64,000 bases of DNA from NCBI RefSeq assembly GCF_044704955.1, contig NC_092010.1, forward strand, positions 9,982,001 to 10,046,000, read 5' to 3'. The stretch's first letter is position 1. The number at the start of each line of letters is the position of its first letter. Positions 26,801 through 42,400 of this stretch are shown here, one piece after another. Under the pieces are notes generated by a model. It was not told the origin of the DNA. It did not search any database and saw only the letters and a list, made by a program, of their open reading frames with translations. The DNA is from Pristiophorus japonicus (lineage: Eukaryota). The position numbers and the translations under genes were made by a program.

Positions 26801-29800
26801 GGTGGACACACTCTCACTGGTGGGCACACTGACACAGGTGGGAACACTGACACTGGTGGGCACACTGACACTGCTGGGAACACTGACACTGGTGGTGACA
26901 CTGATACTTGTGGTCACAGTGACACTGGTGAGCACACTGACACTGGTGGTGACACTGATACTTGTGGTCACAGTGAAACTGATGGGCACACTGACACTGG
27001 TGGGAACAGTGACACTGGTGAGCACATTGACACTGGTGGGCACACTGGCACTGGTCACACTGACACTGGTGGGTACACTGGCATTGGTGGGCATAGGCAC
27101 TGGTGGGCACACTGACACTGGTGGTCACACTGGCACTGGTGGGTGCACTGGCATCGGTGGGTACACTGGCATTGGTGGGCACACTGCCACTGGTGGTCAC
27201 ACTGACACTGATGGTCACACTGACACTGGTGGTCACACTGACACAGGTGTGCACACTGACACTGATGGTCACACAGACACTGGTGGTCACACAGACACTG
27301 GTGGGCACACTGACACTGGTGGGAACATTGACACTGGTGGGAACACTGATAATGGTGGGAACACTGATAATGGTGGTCACACTGACACTAGTGGGCACAC
27401 TGACACTGGTGGGAACACTGACACTTGTGGGCAAACTGACACTGGTGGTCACACTGCCAATGGTGGTCACACAGACACTGGTGGGAATAGTGACACTGGT
27501 GGTCACACTGACACTTGTGGGCAAACTGACACTGGTGGTCACACTGCCAATGGTGGTCACACAGACACTGGTGGGAATAGTGACACTGGTGGGCGCAATG
27601 ACACTGGTGGGCACACTGACACTGGTGGTCACACTGACACTGATGGGAACAGTGACACTGGTGGGAACAATGACACTGATGGCCACACTGTACACTGGTG
27701 GGCACACTGACACTGATGGGCACACTGTACACTGATGGGCACACTGTACACTGGTGGGCACACTGACACTGGTGCTCATACTGACGCTGGTCGGCACACT
27801 GACACTGGTGGGCACACTCATACTGGTGGGCACACTCATACTGGTGGGAACACTGACACTGGTGGGCACACTGACACTGGTGGGCACACTGACACTGGTG
27901 CTCACACTGACACTGGCGGGCACACTTGCACTGCTGGGAACAATGGCACTGGTGGGCACACTGACATTACTGGTCAAACTGACACTGGTGGGAACACTGA
28001 CACTGGTGGGAACACTGAGACTGGTGGGCACACTGTCACTGGTGGACACAGTGACACTGGTGGGCACACCGACACTGGTGGGCACACTGACACTGGTGGG
28101 CACACTGACACTGGTGGGCACACCGACACTGGTGGAACACTGACACTGGTGGGCACACAGAAACTGGTGGGCACACTGACACTGGTGGGCACACTGACAC
28201 TGGTGGGCACACCGACACTGGTGGGAACACTAACACTAGTGGTCACACAGACACTGGTGGGAACACTGACACTGGTGGGAAAACAGACACTGCTGGGAAC
28301 ACTGACTCTGGTGGGCTCACTGACACTGGTGGGAACACTGACACTGGTGGGAACACTGACACTGGTGGGCACACCGACACTGGTGGAACACTGACACTGG
28401 TGGTCACACTGACACTGGTGGGAATACTGACACTTGTGGTCACACTGACACTGGTGGGCACACTGGCACAGGTGGGAACAGTGACACAGGTGGTCAGACT
28501 GACACTGGTTGGCACAATTGCACTGTTGAGCACACTGACACTGGTGGGTACACTGACACTGGTGGGAAGACTGAGACTTGTGGTCACACTGACACTGGTG
28601 GGCACACTGGCACTGGTGGTCACACTGACACTGGTGGGCACACTGACACAGGTGGGAACACTGCCACTGCTAGGAAAACTGACACTGGTGTGCACACTGT
28701 CATTGTTGGGCACGCTGACACTGGTGGAAACACTGACACTGGTGGGAACAGTGACACTGGTGGTCACACTGCCACTGGTGGGCACACAGAAACTGGTGGG
28801 TACACTGACACTGGTGGGCACACTGACACTGGTGGGCACACCGACACTGGTGGGAACACTGACACAAGTGGTCACACAGCCACTGGTGGGAACACTGACA
28901 CTGGTGGTCACACTGACACTGGTGGGAACATTTACACTGGTGGGCACACTGACATTAGTGTTCAAACTGACACCAGTGGCAACACTGAGACTGGTGGGCA
29001 CACTGTCACTGGTGGACACAGTGACACTGGTGGGCACACCGACACTGGTGGGCACACTGACACTGGTGGGCACACTGACACTGGTGGGAACACTGACACT
29101 GGTGGGCACACCGACACTGGTGGAACACTGACACTGGTGGTCACACTGACACTGGTGGGAACACTTACACTGGTGGGCACACTGACACTGGTGGGCACAC
29201 TGACACTAGTGGTCACACTGACACTGGTGGGAACACTGACACTGGTGGGAAAACAGACACTGCTGGGAACACTGACTCTGGTGGGCTCACTGACACTGGT
29301 GGGAACACTGACACTGGTGGGAACACTGACAATGGTGGGCACACCAACACTGGTGGAACACTGACACTGGTGGGCACACTGGCACAGGTGGGAACAGTGA
29401 AACAGGTGGTCAGACTGACACTGGTTGGCACAATTGCACTGTGGAGCACACTGTCACTGGTGGGTACACTGACACTGGTGGGATGACTGAAACTTGTGGT
29501 TACACTGACACTGGTGGGCACACTGGCACTGGTGGTCACACTGACACTGGTGGGCACACTGACACAGGTGGGAACACTGACACTGGTGGAACAATGACAC
29601 AGGTGGGCACACTGACACTGGTGGGAACACTGACACTGGTGGGAACACTGACATTGGTGGGAACACAGACACTGCTGGGAACAGTGACACTAGTGGTCAC
29701 ACTGACACTGGTGGGCACACTGACACTGGAGGGCACACTGACACTGGAGGGCACACTGACACTGGTGGTCACACTGACACTGGTGGGCACACTGACACAG

Positions 29801-30480
29801 GTGGGAACACTGACACTGCTAGGAAAACTGACACTGGTGGGCACACTGTCATTGTTGGGCACGCTGACACTGGTGGAAACACTGACACTGGTGGGAACAG
29901 TGACACTGGTGGTCACACTGCCACTGGTGGGCACACAGAAACTGGTGGGCACACTGACACTGGTGGGCACACCGACACTGGTGGAACAATGACACAGGTG
30001 GGCACACTGACACTGGTGGGAACACTGACACTGGTGGGAACACTGACATTGGTGGGAACACAGACACTGCTGGGAACAGTGACACTAGTGGTCACACTGA
30101 CACTGGTGGGCACACTGACACTGGAGGGCACACTGACACTGGAGGGCACACTGACACTGGTGGTCACACTGACACTGGTGGTCACACTGACACTGATGGG
30201 AACACTGACACTGGTAGTCCCACTGACACTGGGGGTGACACTGACACTGGTGGGAACACTGACACTGATGGGCACACTGACACTGGTGGGAACACTGACA
30301 TTGGTGGGCACAATGACACAGGTGGTCTGACTGACATTGGTTGGCACACTAACACTGGCGGGAGCACTGACACTGGTGGGAACACTGACACTGGTGGGCA
30401 CACTGACACAGGTGGGAACACTGACACTGGTGGGCACACTGACACTGCTGGGAACACTGACACTGGTGGTGACACTGCTG
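20871..30480. repeat. 18-bp minisatellite A (GGTGGGCACACTGACACT; common variants GGTGGGAACACT-, GGTGGTCACACT-), ~530 units
   Basis: Directly visible. It translates as VGTLTL / GGHTDT repeats. Internal block duplications include a 967-bp offset (24287/25254) and a 395-bp offset (29454/29849). Confidence 0.98.
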
Positions 30481-33400
30481 ATCACATATACACCACTGCT
30501 CATACATACACTGGTGCTCACACGTACACCACTGCTCGCACGTACACCACTACTCGCACGTACACTGGTACTCACATGTACACTGCTGCTCACACTGACA
30601 CTGGTGCTCAAACTGGCACTGGTGCTCACACGTACACCGCTGCTCACACATACACTGGTGCTCACAAGTACACCACTGCTAACACGTACAAAACTGCTCA
30701 CACGTACACTGGTGCTCACACGTACAGCACTGCTCACACGTACACTGGTACTCACACGTACACTGGTGCTCACACATACACTGGTGCTCACACGTACATC
30801 ACTGCTCACATGTACACCACATACATTGGTCCTCACATGGACACTGGTGCTCACACGTACAAAGGTGCTCACATGTACACTGGTGCTCACACGTACGCTA
30901 GTGCTTACACTTTCACTGATAGTCATGCATACACTGGTGCTCACATGTACACCACTGCTCACACATACACTGGTGCTCACACTTACACCACTGCTCACAT
31001 GGACACTGGTGCTCACACGTACACTGGTGCTCGCATATACACCACTGCTCACACGTACACTGGTGCTCACACGTACACCGGTGCTCACATGTACACTGGT
31101 GCACACATGTGCTCCGGTGCTCACGCTTATACCGCTGCTCACACGTACACTGGTGCTCACACATATACTGGCGCTCACACGTACACTGGCGCTCACACGT
31201 ACACTGGCGCACACACGTACACTGGCGCTCACACGTACACTGGTGCTCACAAATACACTGGTGTTCACACGTACAATGGTGATCACATGTAAACTGGTAA
31301 TCACATGTACACTGGTGCTCACACGTAAACTGGCGCTCACACATACACTGGTGCTCACATGTACACTGCTGCTCACACGCACACTGGTGCTCACACGTAC
31401 ACTGGTGCTCACATATACTCCACTGCTCACATGTACACCACTGCTCACACGTACACTGGTGATCACACGTACACTGGCACTCACACATACACTGGCGCTC
31501 ACACGTACCGGTGCTCACACATACACTGGCGCTCACACATACACTGGTGCTCACACATACACTGGTGCTCACACATGCACTGGTGATCACATGTACACTG
31601 GTGCTCACACGTACACTAGTGCTCACACATATACTGGCGCTCACATGTACACTGGTGCTCACACGTACACTGGTGTTCACACGCACACTGGTGCTCACAC
31701 GTACAATGGTGATCACATGTAAACTGGTGCTCACACGTACACTGATGCTCACACGTACACCGGTGCTCACACATACACCACTGCTCACTCGTACACTGGT
31801 GCTCACACATACACCACGGCTCACACGGACACCGCTGCTCACATGTACACTGGTGCTCACACATGCACCACTGCTCACTCATACACTGGTGCTCACATGT
31901 ACACTAGTAGTCACACATACACTAGTGCTCACACATACACTGGTGCTCACACGTACACTGATGTTCACACGTACACCGGTGCTCACACATACACCACTGC
32001 TCACTCGTGCACTGGTGCTCACATGTACACTGGTGCTCACACATACACTACGGCTCACACGGACACCGCTGCTCACACGTACACTGGTGCTCACACATAC
32101 ACCACTGCTCACTCATACACTGGTGCTCACATGTACACTAGTACTCACACATACACTGGCGCTCACACGTACCGGTGCTCACACATACACTGGAGCTCAC
32201 AAGTACACTGGCGTTCACACATACACTGGTGCTCACACATGCACTGGTGATCACATGTACACTGGTGCTCACACGTACACTAGTGCTCACACATATACTG
32301 GCGCTCACATGTACACTGGTGCTCACACATACACTAATGCTCACACGTACACTGGTGCTCACACGTACACTGGTGCTCACACGTACACTGGTGCTCACAC
32401 GTACAATGGTGATCACATGTAAACTGGTGCTCCCACACACACTTATACAGGCGCTCACACAAAAACTGGTGTTCACACGTACACTGGTGCTCACACGTAG
32501 ACCACTGCTCACTCGTACACTGGTGCTCACATGTACACAAGTGCTCACACATACACTGGTGCTCACACGTACACTGATGCTCACACGTACACCGGTGCTC
32601 ACACGTACATCACTGCTCACTCGTACACTGGTGCTCACATGTACACAAGTGCTCACACATACACTGGTGCTCACATGTACACTGGTGCTCACACATACAC
32701 CACTGCTCACAATGACACCACTGCTCACACGTACACTGTTGCTCACACGTACACTGTTGCTCACACGTACACTGCTGCTCACACATACACTGGTGCTCAC
32801 ACGTACACTGGTGCTCACACGTACACTGGTGATCACATGTACACTGGTGCACACACGTATACTGGCGCTCACATGTACACTGGTGCTCACACGTACACTG
32901 GTGATCATGTACACTGGTGATCACGTACACTGGTGCTCACTCGTACACTGGTGCTCACATGTACACTGCTGCTCACACATATACTGGCGCTCACATGTAC
33001 ACTGGTGTTCACACGTACACTAGTGCTCACACGTGCACTGGTGATCACATGTATACTGGTGCTCACACGTACACTGGTGATCACATGTACACTGCTGCTC
33101 ACACATATACTGGCGCTCACATGTACACTGGTGTTCACACGTACACTAGTGCTCACACGTACACTGGTGATCACATGTATACTGGTGCTCACACGTACAC
33201 TGGTGCTCACACGTACAATGGTGATCACACGTAAACTGGTAATCACACGTACACTGGTGCTCACACGTAAACTGGCGCTCACACATACACCACTGCTCAC
33301 TCGTACACCGGTGCTCACACGTACACTGGTGCTCACACATACACCACGGCTCACACGGACACCGCTGCTCACATGTACACTGGTACTCACACGTACACCA

Positions 33401-36400
33401 CTGCTCACTCGTACACTGGTGCTCACATGTACACTAGTGCTCACACGTACACTGGCGCTCACACATACATTGGCGCTCACCCGTACACAGGTGCTCACAC
33501 ATACACCACTGCTCACATGTACACCACTGCTCACACGTACACTGGTGCTCACACGTACACTGCTGCTCACACATACACTGGTGCTCACACATACACTGCT
33601 GCTCACATGTACACTGGTGATCACATGTACACTGGTGCACACACGTATACTGGCGCTCACATGTACACTGGTGCTCACACGTACACTACTGCTCACATGT
33701 ACACTGGTGCTCACACGTACACTGGTGCTCACACATACAATGGTGATCACATGTAAACTAGTGCTCACATGTACACTTATACTGGCGCTCACACAAAAAC
33801 TGGTGTTCACACGTATACTGGTGCTCACTCGTAAACTGGTGCTCACATGGACACCACTGCTCACACGTACACGTGTGATCACAGGTACACTGGTGCTCAC
33901 ACGGACACTGGTGGTCACACGTACAATGGTGATCACACGTAAACTGGTAATCACATGTACACTGGTGCTCACACGTAAACTGGCGCTCACACATACACTG
34001 GTGCTCACATGTACACTGCTGCTCACACGCACACTGGTGCTCACACGTACACTGGTGCTCACATATACTCCACTGCTCACATGTACACCACTGCTCACAC
34101 GTACACTGGTGATCACACGTACACTGGCACTCACACATACACTGGCGCTCACACGTACCGGTGCTCACACATACACTGGCGCTCACACGTACACTGGCGC
34201 TCACACATACACTGGTGCTCACACATGCACTGGTGATCACATGTACACTGGTGCTCACACGTACACTAGTGCTCACACATATACTGGCGCTCACATGTAC
34301 ACTGGTGCTCACACGTACACTAATGCTCACACGTACACTGGTGCTCACACGTACACTGGTGCTCACACGTACAATGGTGATCACATGTAAACTGGTGCTC
34401 CCACACACACTTATACAGGCGCTCACACAAAAACTGGTGTTCACACGTACACTGGTGCTCACACGTACACCACTGCTCACTCGTACACTGGTGCTCACAT
34501 GTACACAAGTGCTCACACATACACTGGTGCTCACACGTACACTGATGCTCACACGTACACCGGTGCTCACACGTACATCACTGCTCACTCGTACACTGGT
34601 GCTCACATGTACACAAGTGCTCACACATACACTGGTGCTCACATGTACACTGGTGTTCACACATACACCACTGCTCACAATGACACCACTGCTCACACGT
34701 ACACTGTTGCTCACACGTACACTGTTGCTCACACGTACACTGCTGCTCACACATACACTGGTGCTCACACGTACACTGGTGCTCACACGTACACTGGTGA
34801 TCACATGTACACTGGTGCACACACGTATACTGGCGCTCACATGTACACTGGTGCTCACATGTACACTGGTGCTCACACGTACACTGGTGATCATGTACAC
34901 TGGTGATCACGTACACTGGTGCTCACTCGTACACTGGTGCTCACATGTACACTGGTGTTCACACGTACACTGGTGTTCACACGTACACTAGTGCTCACAC
35001 GTACACTGGTGATCACATGTATACTGGTGCTCACACGTACACTGGTGATCACATGTACACTGCTGCTCACACATATACTGGCGCTCACATTTACACTGGT
35101 GTTCACATGTACACTAGTGCTCACACGTACACTGGTGATCACATGTATACTGGTGCTCACACGTACACTGGTGCTCACACGTACAATGGTGATCACACGT
35201 AAACTGGTAATCACACGTACACTGGTGCTCACACGTAAACTGGCGCTCACACATACACCACTGCTCACTCGTACACCGGTGCTCACACGTACACTGGTGC
35301 TCACACATACACCACGGCTCACACGGACACCGCTGCTCACATGTACACTGGTGCTCACACGTACACCACTGCTCACTCGTACACTGGTGCTCACACGTAC
35401 ACTAGTGCTCACACGTACACTGGCGCTCACACATACATTGGTGCTCACCCGTACACAGGTGCTCACACATACACCACTGCTCACATGTACACCACTGCTC
35501 ACACGTACACTGGTGCTCACACGTACACTGCTGCTCACACATACACTGGTGCTCACACATACACTGCTGCTCACACGTACACTGGTGATCACATGTACAC
35601 TGGTGCACACACGTATACTGGCGCTCACATGTACACTGGTGCTCACACGTACACTGGTGATCACATGTACACTGGTGCTCACATGTACACTGGTGCTCAC
35701 ACATATACTGGCGCTCACATGTACACTGGTGCTCACACGTACACTACTGCTCACATGTACACTGGTGCTCACACGTACACTGGTGCTCACACATACAATG
35801 GTGATCACATGTAAACTAGTGCTCACATGTACACTTATACTGGCGCTCACACAAAAACTGGTGTTCACACGTACACTGGTGCTCACTCGTACACTGGTGC
35901 TCACATGGACACCACTGCTCACACGTACACATGTGATCACAGGTACACTGATGCTCACACGGACACTGGTGGTCACACGTACAATGGTGATCACACGTAA
36001 ACTGGTAATCACATGTACACTGGTGCTCACACGTAAACTGGCGCTCACACGTACACTGGTGCTCACAAATACACTGGTGTTCACACGTACACTGGTGCTC
36101 ACTCGTACACTGGTGCTCACATATACTCCACTGCTCACATGTACACCACTGCTCACACGTACACTGGTGATCACACGTACACTGGCACTCACACATGCAC
36201 TGGCGCTCACACGTACACTGGCGCTCACACATACACTGGTCCTCACACATGCACTGGCGATCACATGTACACTGGTGCTCACACGTACACTAATGCTCAC
36301 ACGTACACTGGTGCTCACACGTACACTGGTGCTCACACGTACACTGGTGCTCACACGTACAATGGTGATCACATGTAAACTGGTGCTCCCACACACACTT

Positions 36401-39400
36401 ATACAGGCGCTCACACAAAAACTGGTGTTCACACGTACACTGGTGCTCACACGTACACCACTGCTCACTCGTACACTGGTGCTCACATGTCCACAAGTGC
36501 TCACACATACACTGGTGCTCACACGTACACTGATGCTCACACGTACACCGGTGCTCACACGTACATCACTGCTCACTCGTACACTGGTGCTCACATGTAC
36601 ACAAGTGCTCACACATACACTGGTGCTCACATGTACACTGGTGTTCACACATACACCACTGCTCACAATGACACCACTGCTCACACGTACACTGTTGCTC
36701 ACACGTACACTATTGCTCACACGTACACTGCTGCTCACACATACACTGGTGCTCACACGTACACTGGTGCTCACACGTACACTGGTGATCACATGTACAC
36801 TGGTGCACACACGTATACTGGCGCTCACATGTACACTGGTGCTCACACGTACACTGGTGATCATGTACACTGGTGATCACGTACACTGGTGCTCACTCGT
36901 ACACTGGTGCTCACATGTACACTGCTGCTCACACATATACTGGCGCTCACATGTACACTGGTGTTCACACGTACACTAGTGCTCACACGTACACTGGTGA
37001 TCACATGTATACTGGTGCTCACACGTACACTGGTGATTACATGTACACTGCTGCTCACACATATACTGGCGCTCACATGTACACTGGTGTTCACACGTAC
37101 ACTAGTGCTCACACGTACACTGGTGATCACATGTATACTGGTGCTCACAAGTACACTGGTGCTCACACGTACAATGGTGATCACACGTAAACTGGTAATC
37201 ACACGTACACTGGTGCTCACACGTAAACTGGCGCTCACACATACACCACTGCTCACTCGTACACCAGTGCTCACACGTACACTGGTGCTCACACATACAC
37301 CACGGCTCACACGGACACCGCTGCTCACATGTACACTGGTGCTCACACGTACACCACTGCTCACTCGTACACTGGTGCTCACATGTACACTAGTGCTCAC
37401 ACGAACACTGGCGCTCACACATACATTGGCGCTCACCCGTACACAGGTGCTCACACATACACTGCTGCTCACATGTACACCACTGCTCACACGTACACTG
37501 GTGCTCACACGTACACTGCTGCTCACACATACACTGGTGCTCACACATACACTGCTGCTCACACGTACACTGGTGATCACATGTACACTGGTGCACACAC
37601 ATATACTGGCGCTCACATGTACACTGGTGCTCACACGTACACTGGTGATCACATGTACACTGGTGCTCACATGTACACTGGTGCTCACACATATACTGGC
37701 GCTCACATGTACACTGGTGCTCACACGTACACTACTGCTCACATGTACACTGGTGCTCACACGTACACTGGTGCTCACACATACAATGGTGATCACATGT
37801 AAACTAGTGCTCACATGTACACTTATACTGGCGCTCACACAAAAACTGGTGTTCACACGTACACTGGTGCTCACTCGTACACTGGTGCTCACATGGACAC
37901 CACTGCTCACACGTACACATGTGATCACAGGTACACTGGTGCTCACACGGACACTGGTGGTCACACGTACAATGGTGATCACACGTAAACTGGTAATCAC
38001 ATGTACACTGGTGCTCACACATACACTGGCACTCACACGTACACTGGCGCTCACACGTACACTGGTGCTCACAAATACACTGGTGTTCACACGTACACTG
38101 GTGCTCACTCGTACACTGGTGCTCACATGGACACCACTGCTCACACGTACACGTGTGATCACAGGTACACTGGTGCTCACACGGACACTGGTGGTCACAC
38201 GTACAATGGTGATCACACGTAAACTGGTAATCACATGTACACTGGTGCTCACACGTAAACTGGCGCTCACACATAAACTGGTGCTCACATGTACACTGCT
38301 GCTCACACGCACACTGGTGCTCACACGTACACTGGTGCTCACATATACTCCACTGCTCACATGTACACCACTGCTCACACGTACACTGGTGATCACACGT
38401 ACACTGGCACTCACACATGCACTGGCGCTCACACGTACACTGGCGCTCACACATACACTGGTGCTCACACATGCACTGGCGATCACATGTACACTGGTGC
38501 TCACACGTACACTAATGCTCACACGTACACTGGTGCTCACACGTACACTGGTGCTCACACGTACAATGGTGATCACATGTAAACTGGTGCTCCCACACAC
38601 ACTTATACAGGCGCTCACACAAAAACTGGTGTTCACACGTACACTGGTGCTCACACGTACAATGGTGATCACATGTAAACTGGTGCTCCCACACACACTT
38701 ATACAGGCGCTCACACAAAAACTGGTGTTCACACGTACACTGGTGCTCACACGTACACCACTGCTCACTCGTACACTGGTGCTCACATGTCCACAAGTGC
38801 TCACACATACACTGGTGCTCACACGTACACTGATGCTCACACGTACACCGGTGCTCACACGTACATCACTGCTCACTCGTACACTGGTGCTCACATGTAC
38901 ACAAGTGCTCACACATACACTGGTGCTCACATGTACACTGGTGTTCACACATACACCACTGCTCACAATGACACCACTGCTCACACGTACACTGTTGCTC
39001 ACACGTACACTGTTGCTCACACGTACACTGCTGCTCACACATACACTGGTGCTCACACGTACACTGGTGCTCACACGTACACTGGTGATCACATGTACAC
39101 TGGTGCACACACGTATACTGGCGCTCACATGTACACTGGTGCTCACACGTACACTGGTGATCATGTACACTGGTGATCACGTACACTGGTGCTCACTCGT
39201 ACACTGGTGCTCACATGTACACTGCTGCTCACACATATACTGGCGCTCACATGTACACTGGTGTTCACACGTACACTAGTGCTCACACGTACACTGGTGA
39301 TCACATGTATACTGGTGCTCACACGTACACTGGTGATTACATGTACACTGCTGCTCACACATATACTGGCGCTCACATGTACACTGGTGTTCACACGTAC

Positions 39401-42400
39401 ACTAGTGCTCACACGTACACTGGTGATCACATGTATACTGGTGCTCACACGTACACTGGTGCTCACACGTACAATGGTGATCACACGTAAACTGGTAATC
39501 ACACGTACACTGGTGCTCACACGTAAACTGGCGCTCACACATACACCACTGCTCACTCGTACACCAGTGCTCACACGTACACTGGTGCTCACACATACAC
39601 CACGGCTCACACGGACACCGCTGCTCACATGTACACTGGTGCTCACACGTACACCACTGCTCACTCGTACACTGGTGCTCACATGTACACTAGTGCTCAC
39701 ACGTACACTGGCGCTCACACATACATTGGCGCTCACCCGTACACAGGTGCTCACACATACACTGCTGCTCACATGTACACCACTGCTCACACGTGCACTG
39801 GTGCTCACACGTACACTGCTGCTCACACATACACTGGTGCTCACACATACACTGCTGCTCACACGTACACTGGTGATCACATGTACACTGGTGCACACAC
39901 ATATACTGGCGCTCACATGTACACTGGTGCTCACACGTACACTGGTGATCACATGTACACTGGTGCTCACATGTACACTGGTGCTCACACATATACTGGC
40001 GCTCACATGTACACTGGTGCTCACACGTACACTACTGCTCACATGTACACTGGTGCTCACACGTACACTGGTGCTCACACATACAATGGTGATCACATGT
40101 AAACTAGTGCTCACATGTACACTTATACTGGCGCTCACACAAAAACTGGTGTTCACACGTACACTGGTGCTCACACGTACACTGGTGCTCACATGTACAC
40201 TAGTGCTCACACATACACTGGTGCTCACACGTACACTGATGCTCACACGTACACCGGTGCTCACACATACACCACTGCTCACTCGTACACTGGTGCTCAC
40301 ACATACACCACGGCTCACACGGACACCGCTGCTCACATGTACACTGGTGCTCACACATGCACCACTGCTCACTCATACACTGGTGCTCACATGTACACTA
40401 GTAGTCACACATACACTAGTGCTCACACATACACTGGTGCTCACACGTACACTGATGCTCACACGTACACCGGTGCTCACACATACACCACTGCTCACTC
40501 GTACACTGGTGCTCACATGTACACTGGTGCTCACACATACACCACGGCTCACACGGACACCGCTGCTCACACGTACACTGGTGCTCACAAATACACCACT
40601 GCTCACTCATACACTGGTGCTCACATGTACACTGATGCTCACATGTACACTGCTGCTCACACATATACTGGCGCTCACATGTACACTGGTGTTCACACGT
40701 ACACTAGTGCTCACACGTACACTGGTGATCACATGTATACTGGTGCTCACACGTACACTGGTGATTACATGTACACTGCTGCTCACACATATACTGGCAC
40801 TCACATGTACACTGGTGTTCACACGTGCACTAGTGCTCACACGTACACTGGTGATCACATGTATACTGGTGCTCACACGTACACTGGTGCTCACACGTAC
40901 AATGGTGATCACACGTAAACTGGTGCTCACACATACACCACGGCTCACACGGACACCGCTGCTCACATGTACACTGGTGCTCACACGTACACTAGTGCTC
41001 ACACGTACACTGGTGATCACATGTATACTGGTGCTCACACGTACACTGGTGCTCACACGTACAATGGTGATCGCACGTAAACTGGTAATCACACGTACAC
41101 TGGTGCTCACACGTACACAGGTGCTCACACATACACCACTGCTCACATGCACTGGTGTTCACACGTACACTGGCGCTCACGCATACACTGGTGATCACAC
41201 GTACACTGGTGCTCACATATATACTGCCGCTCACATGTACACTGGTGCTCACACGTACACTAGTGCGCACACGTACACTGGTGCCCACAGGTACACTGGT
41301 GCTCACACGTACACTGGTGATCAGATGTACATTGGTGCTCACACGTACACTGGTGCTCACACGTACACTGGTGCTCACTCGTACACTGGTGATCACATGT
41401 ACACTGGTGCTCACATGTACACTGGTGATTACATGTACACTGGTGTTCACACGTGCACTAGTGCTCACACGTACACTGGTGCTCACACGTAAACTGGCGC
41501 TCACACATACACCACTGCTCACTCGTACACCAGTGCTCACACGTACACTGGTGCTCACACATACACCACGGCTCACACGGACACCGCTGCTCACATGTAC
41601 ACTGGTGCTCACACGTACACTAGTGCTCACACGTACACTGGTGATCACATGTATACTGGTGCTCACACGTACACTGGTGCTCACACGTACAATGGTGATC
41701 GCACGTAAACTGGTAATCACACGTACACTGGTGCTCACACGTACACAGGTGCTCACACATACACCACTGCTCACATGCACTGGTGTTCACACGTACACTG
41801 GCGCTCACGCATACACTGGTGATCACACGTACACTGGTGCTCACATATATACTGCCGCTCACATGTACACTGGTGCTCACACGTACACTAGTGCGCACAC
41901 GTACACTGGTGCCCACAGGTACACTGGTGCTCACACGTACACTGGTGATCAGATGTACATTGGTGCTCACACGTACACTGGTGCTCACACGTACACTGGT
42001 GCTCACTCGTACACTGGTGATCACATGTACACTGGTGCTCACATGTACACTGGCGCTCACACATACACTGGTGCCCACACGTACACTGTTGCTCACACGT
42101 ACACTGGTGTTGACATATACACCGGTGCTCACACATACACTGGTGCTTGCACATTCACCACTGCTCACACGTACACAGGTGCTCACACGTACACCGGTGC
42201 TCACACGTACACCACTGCTCACACGTACACCGTTGCTCACACGGACACGGCTGCTCATACATACACTGGTGCTCACACGTACACCATTGCTCACATGTAC
42301 ACTGGTGCTCACAATTACACTGGTGATCATACGTACACTGGTGCTCACACATAGACTGGTGCTCACATGTACACTGGTGCTCACACACACCACTGCTCAT

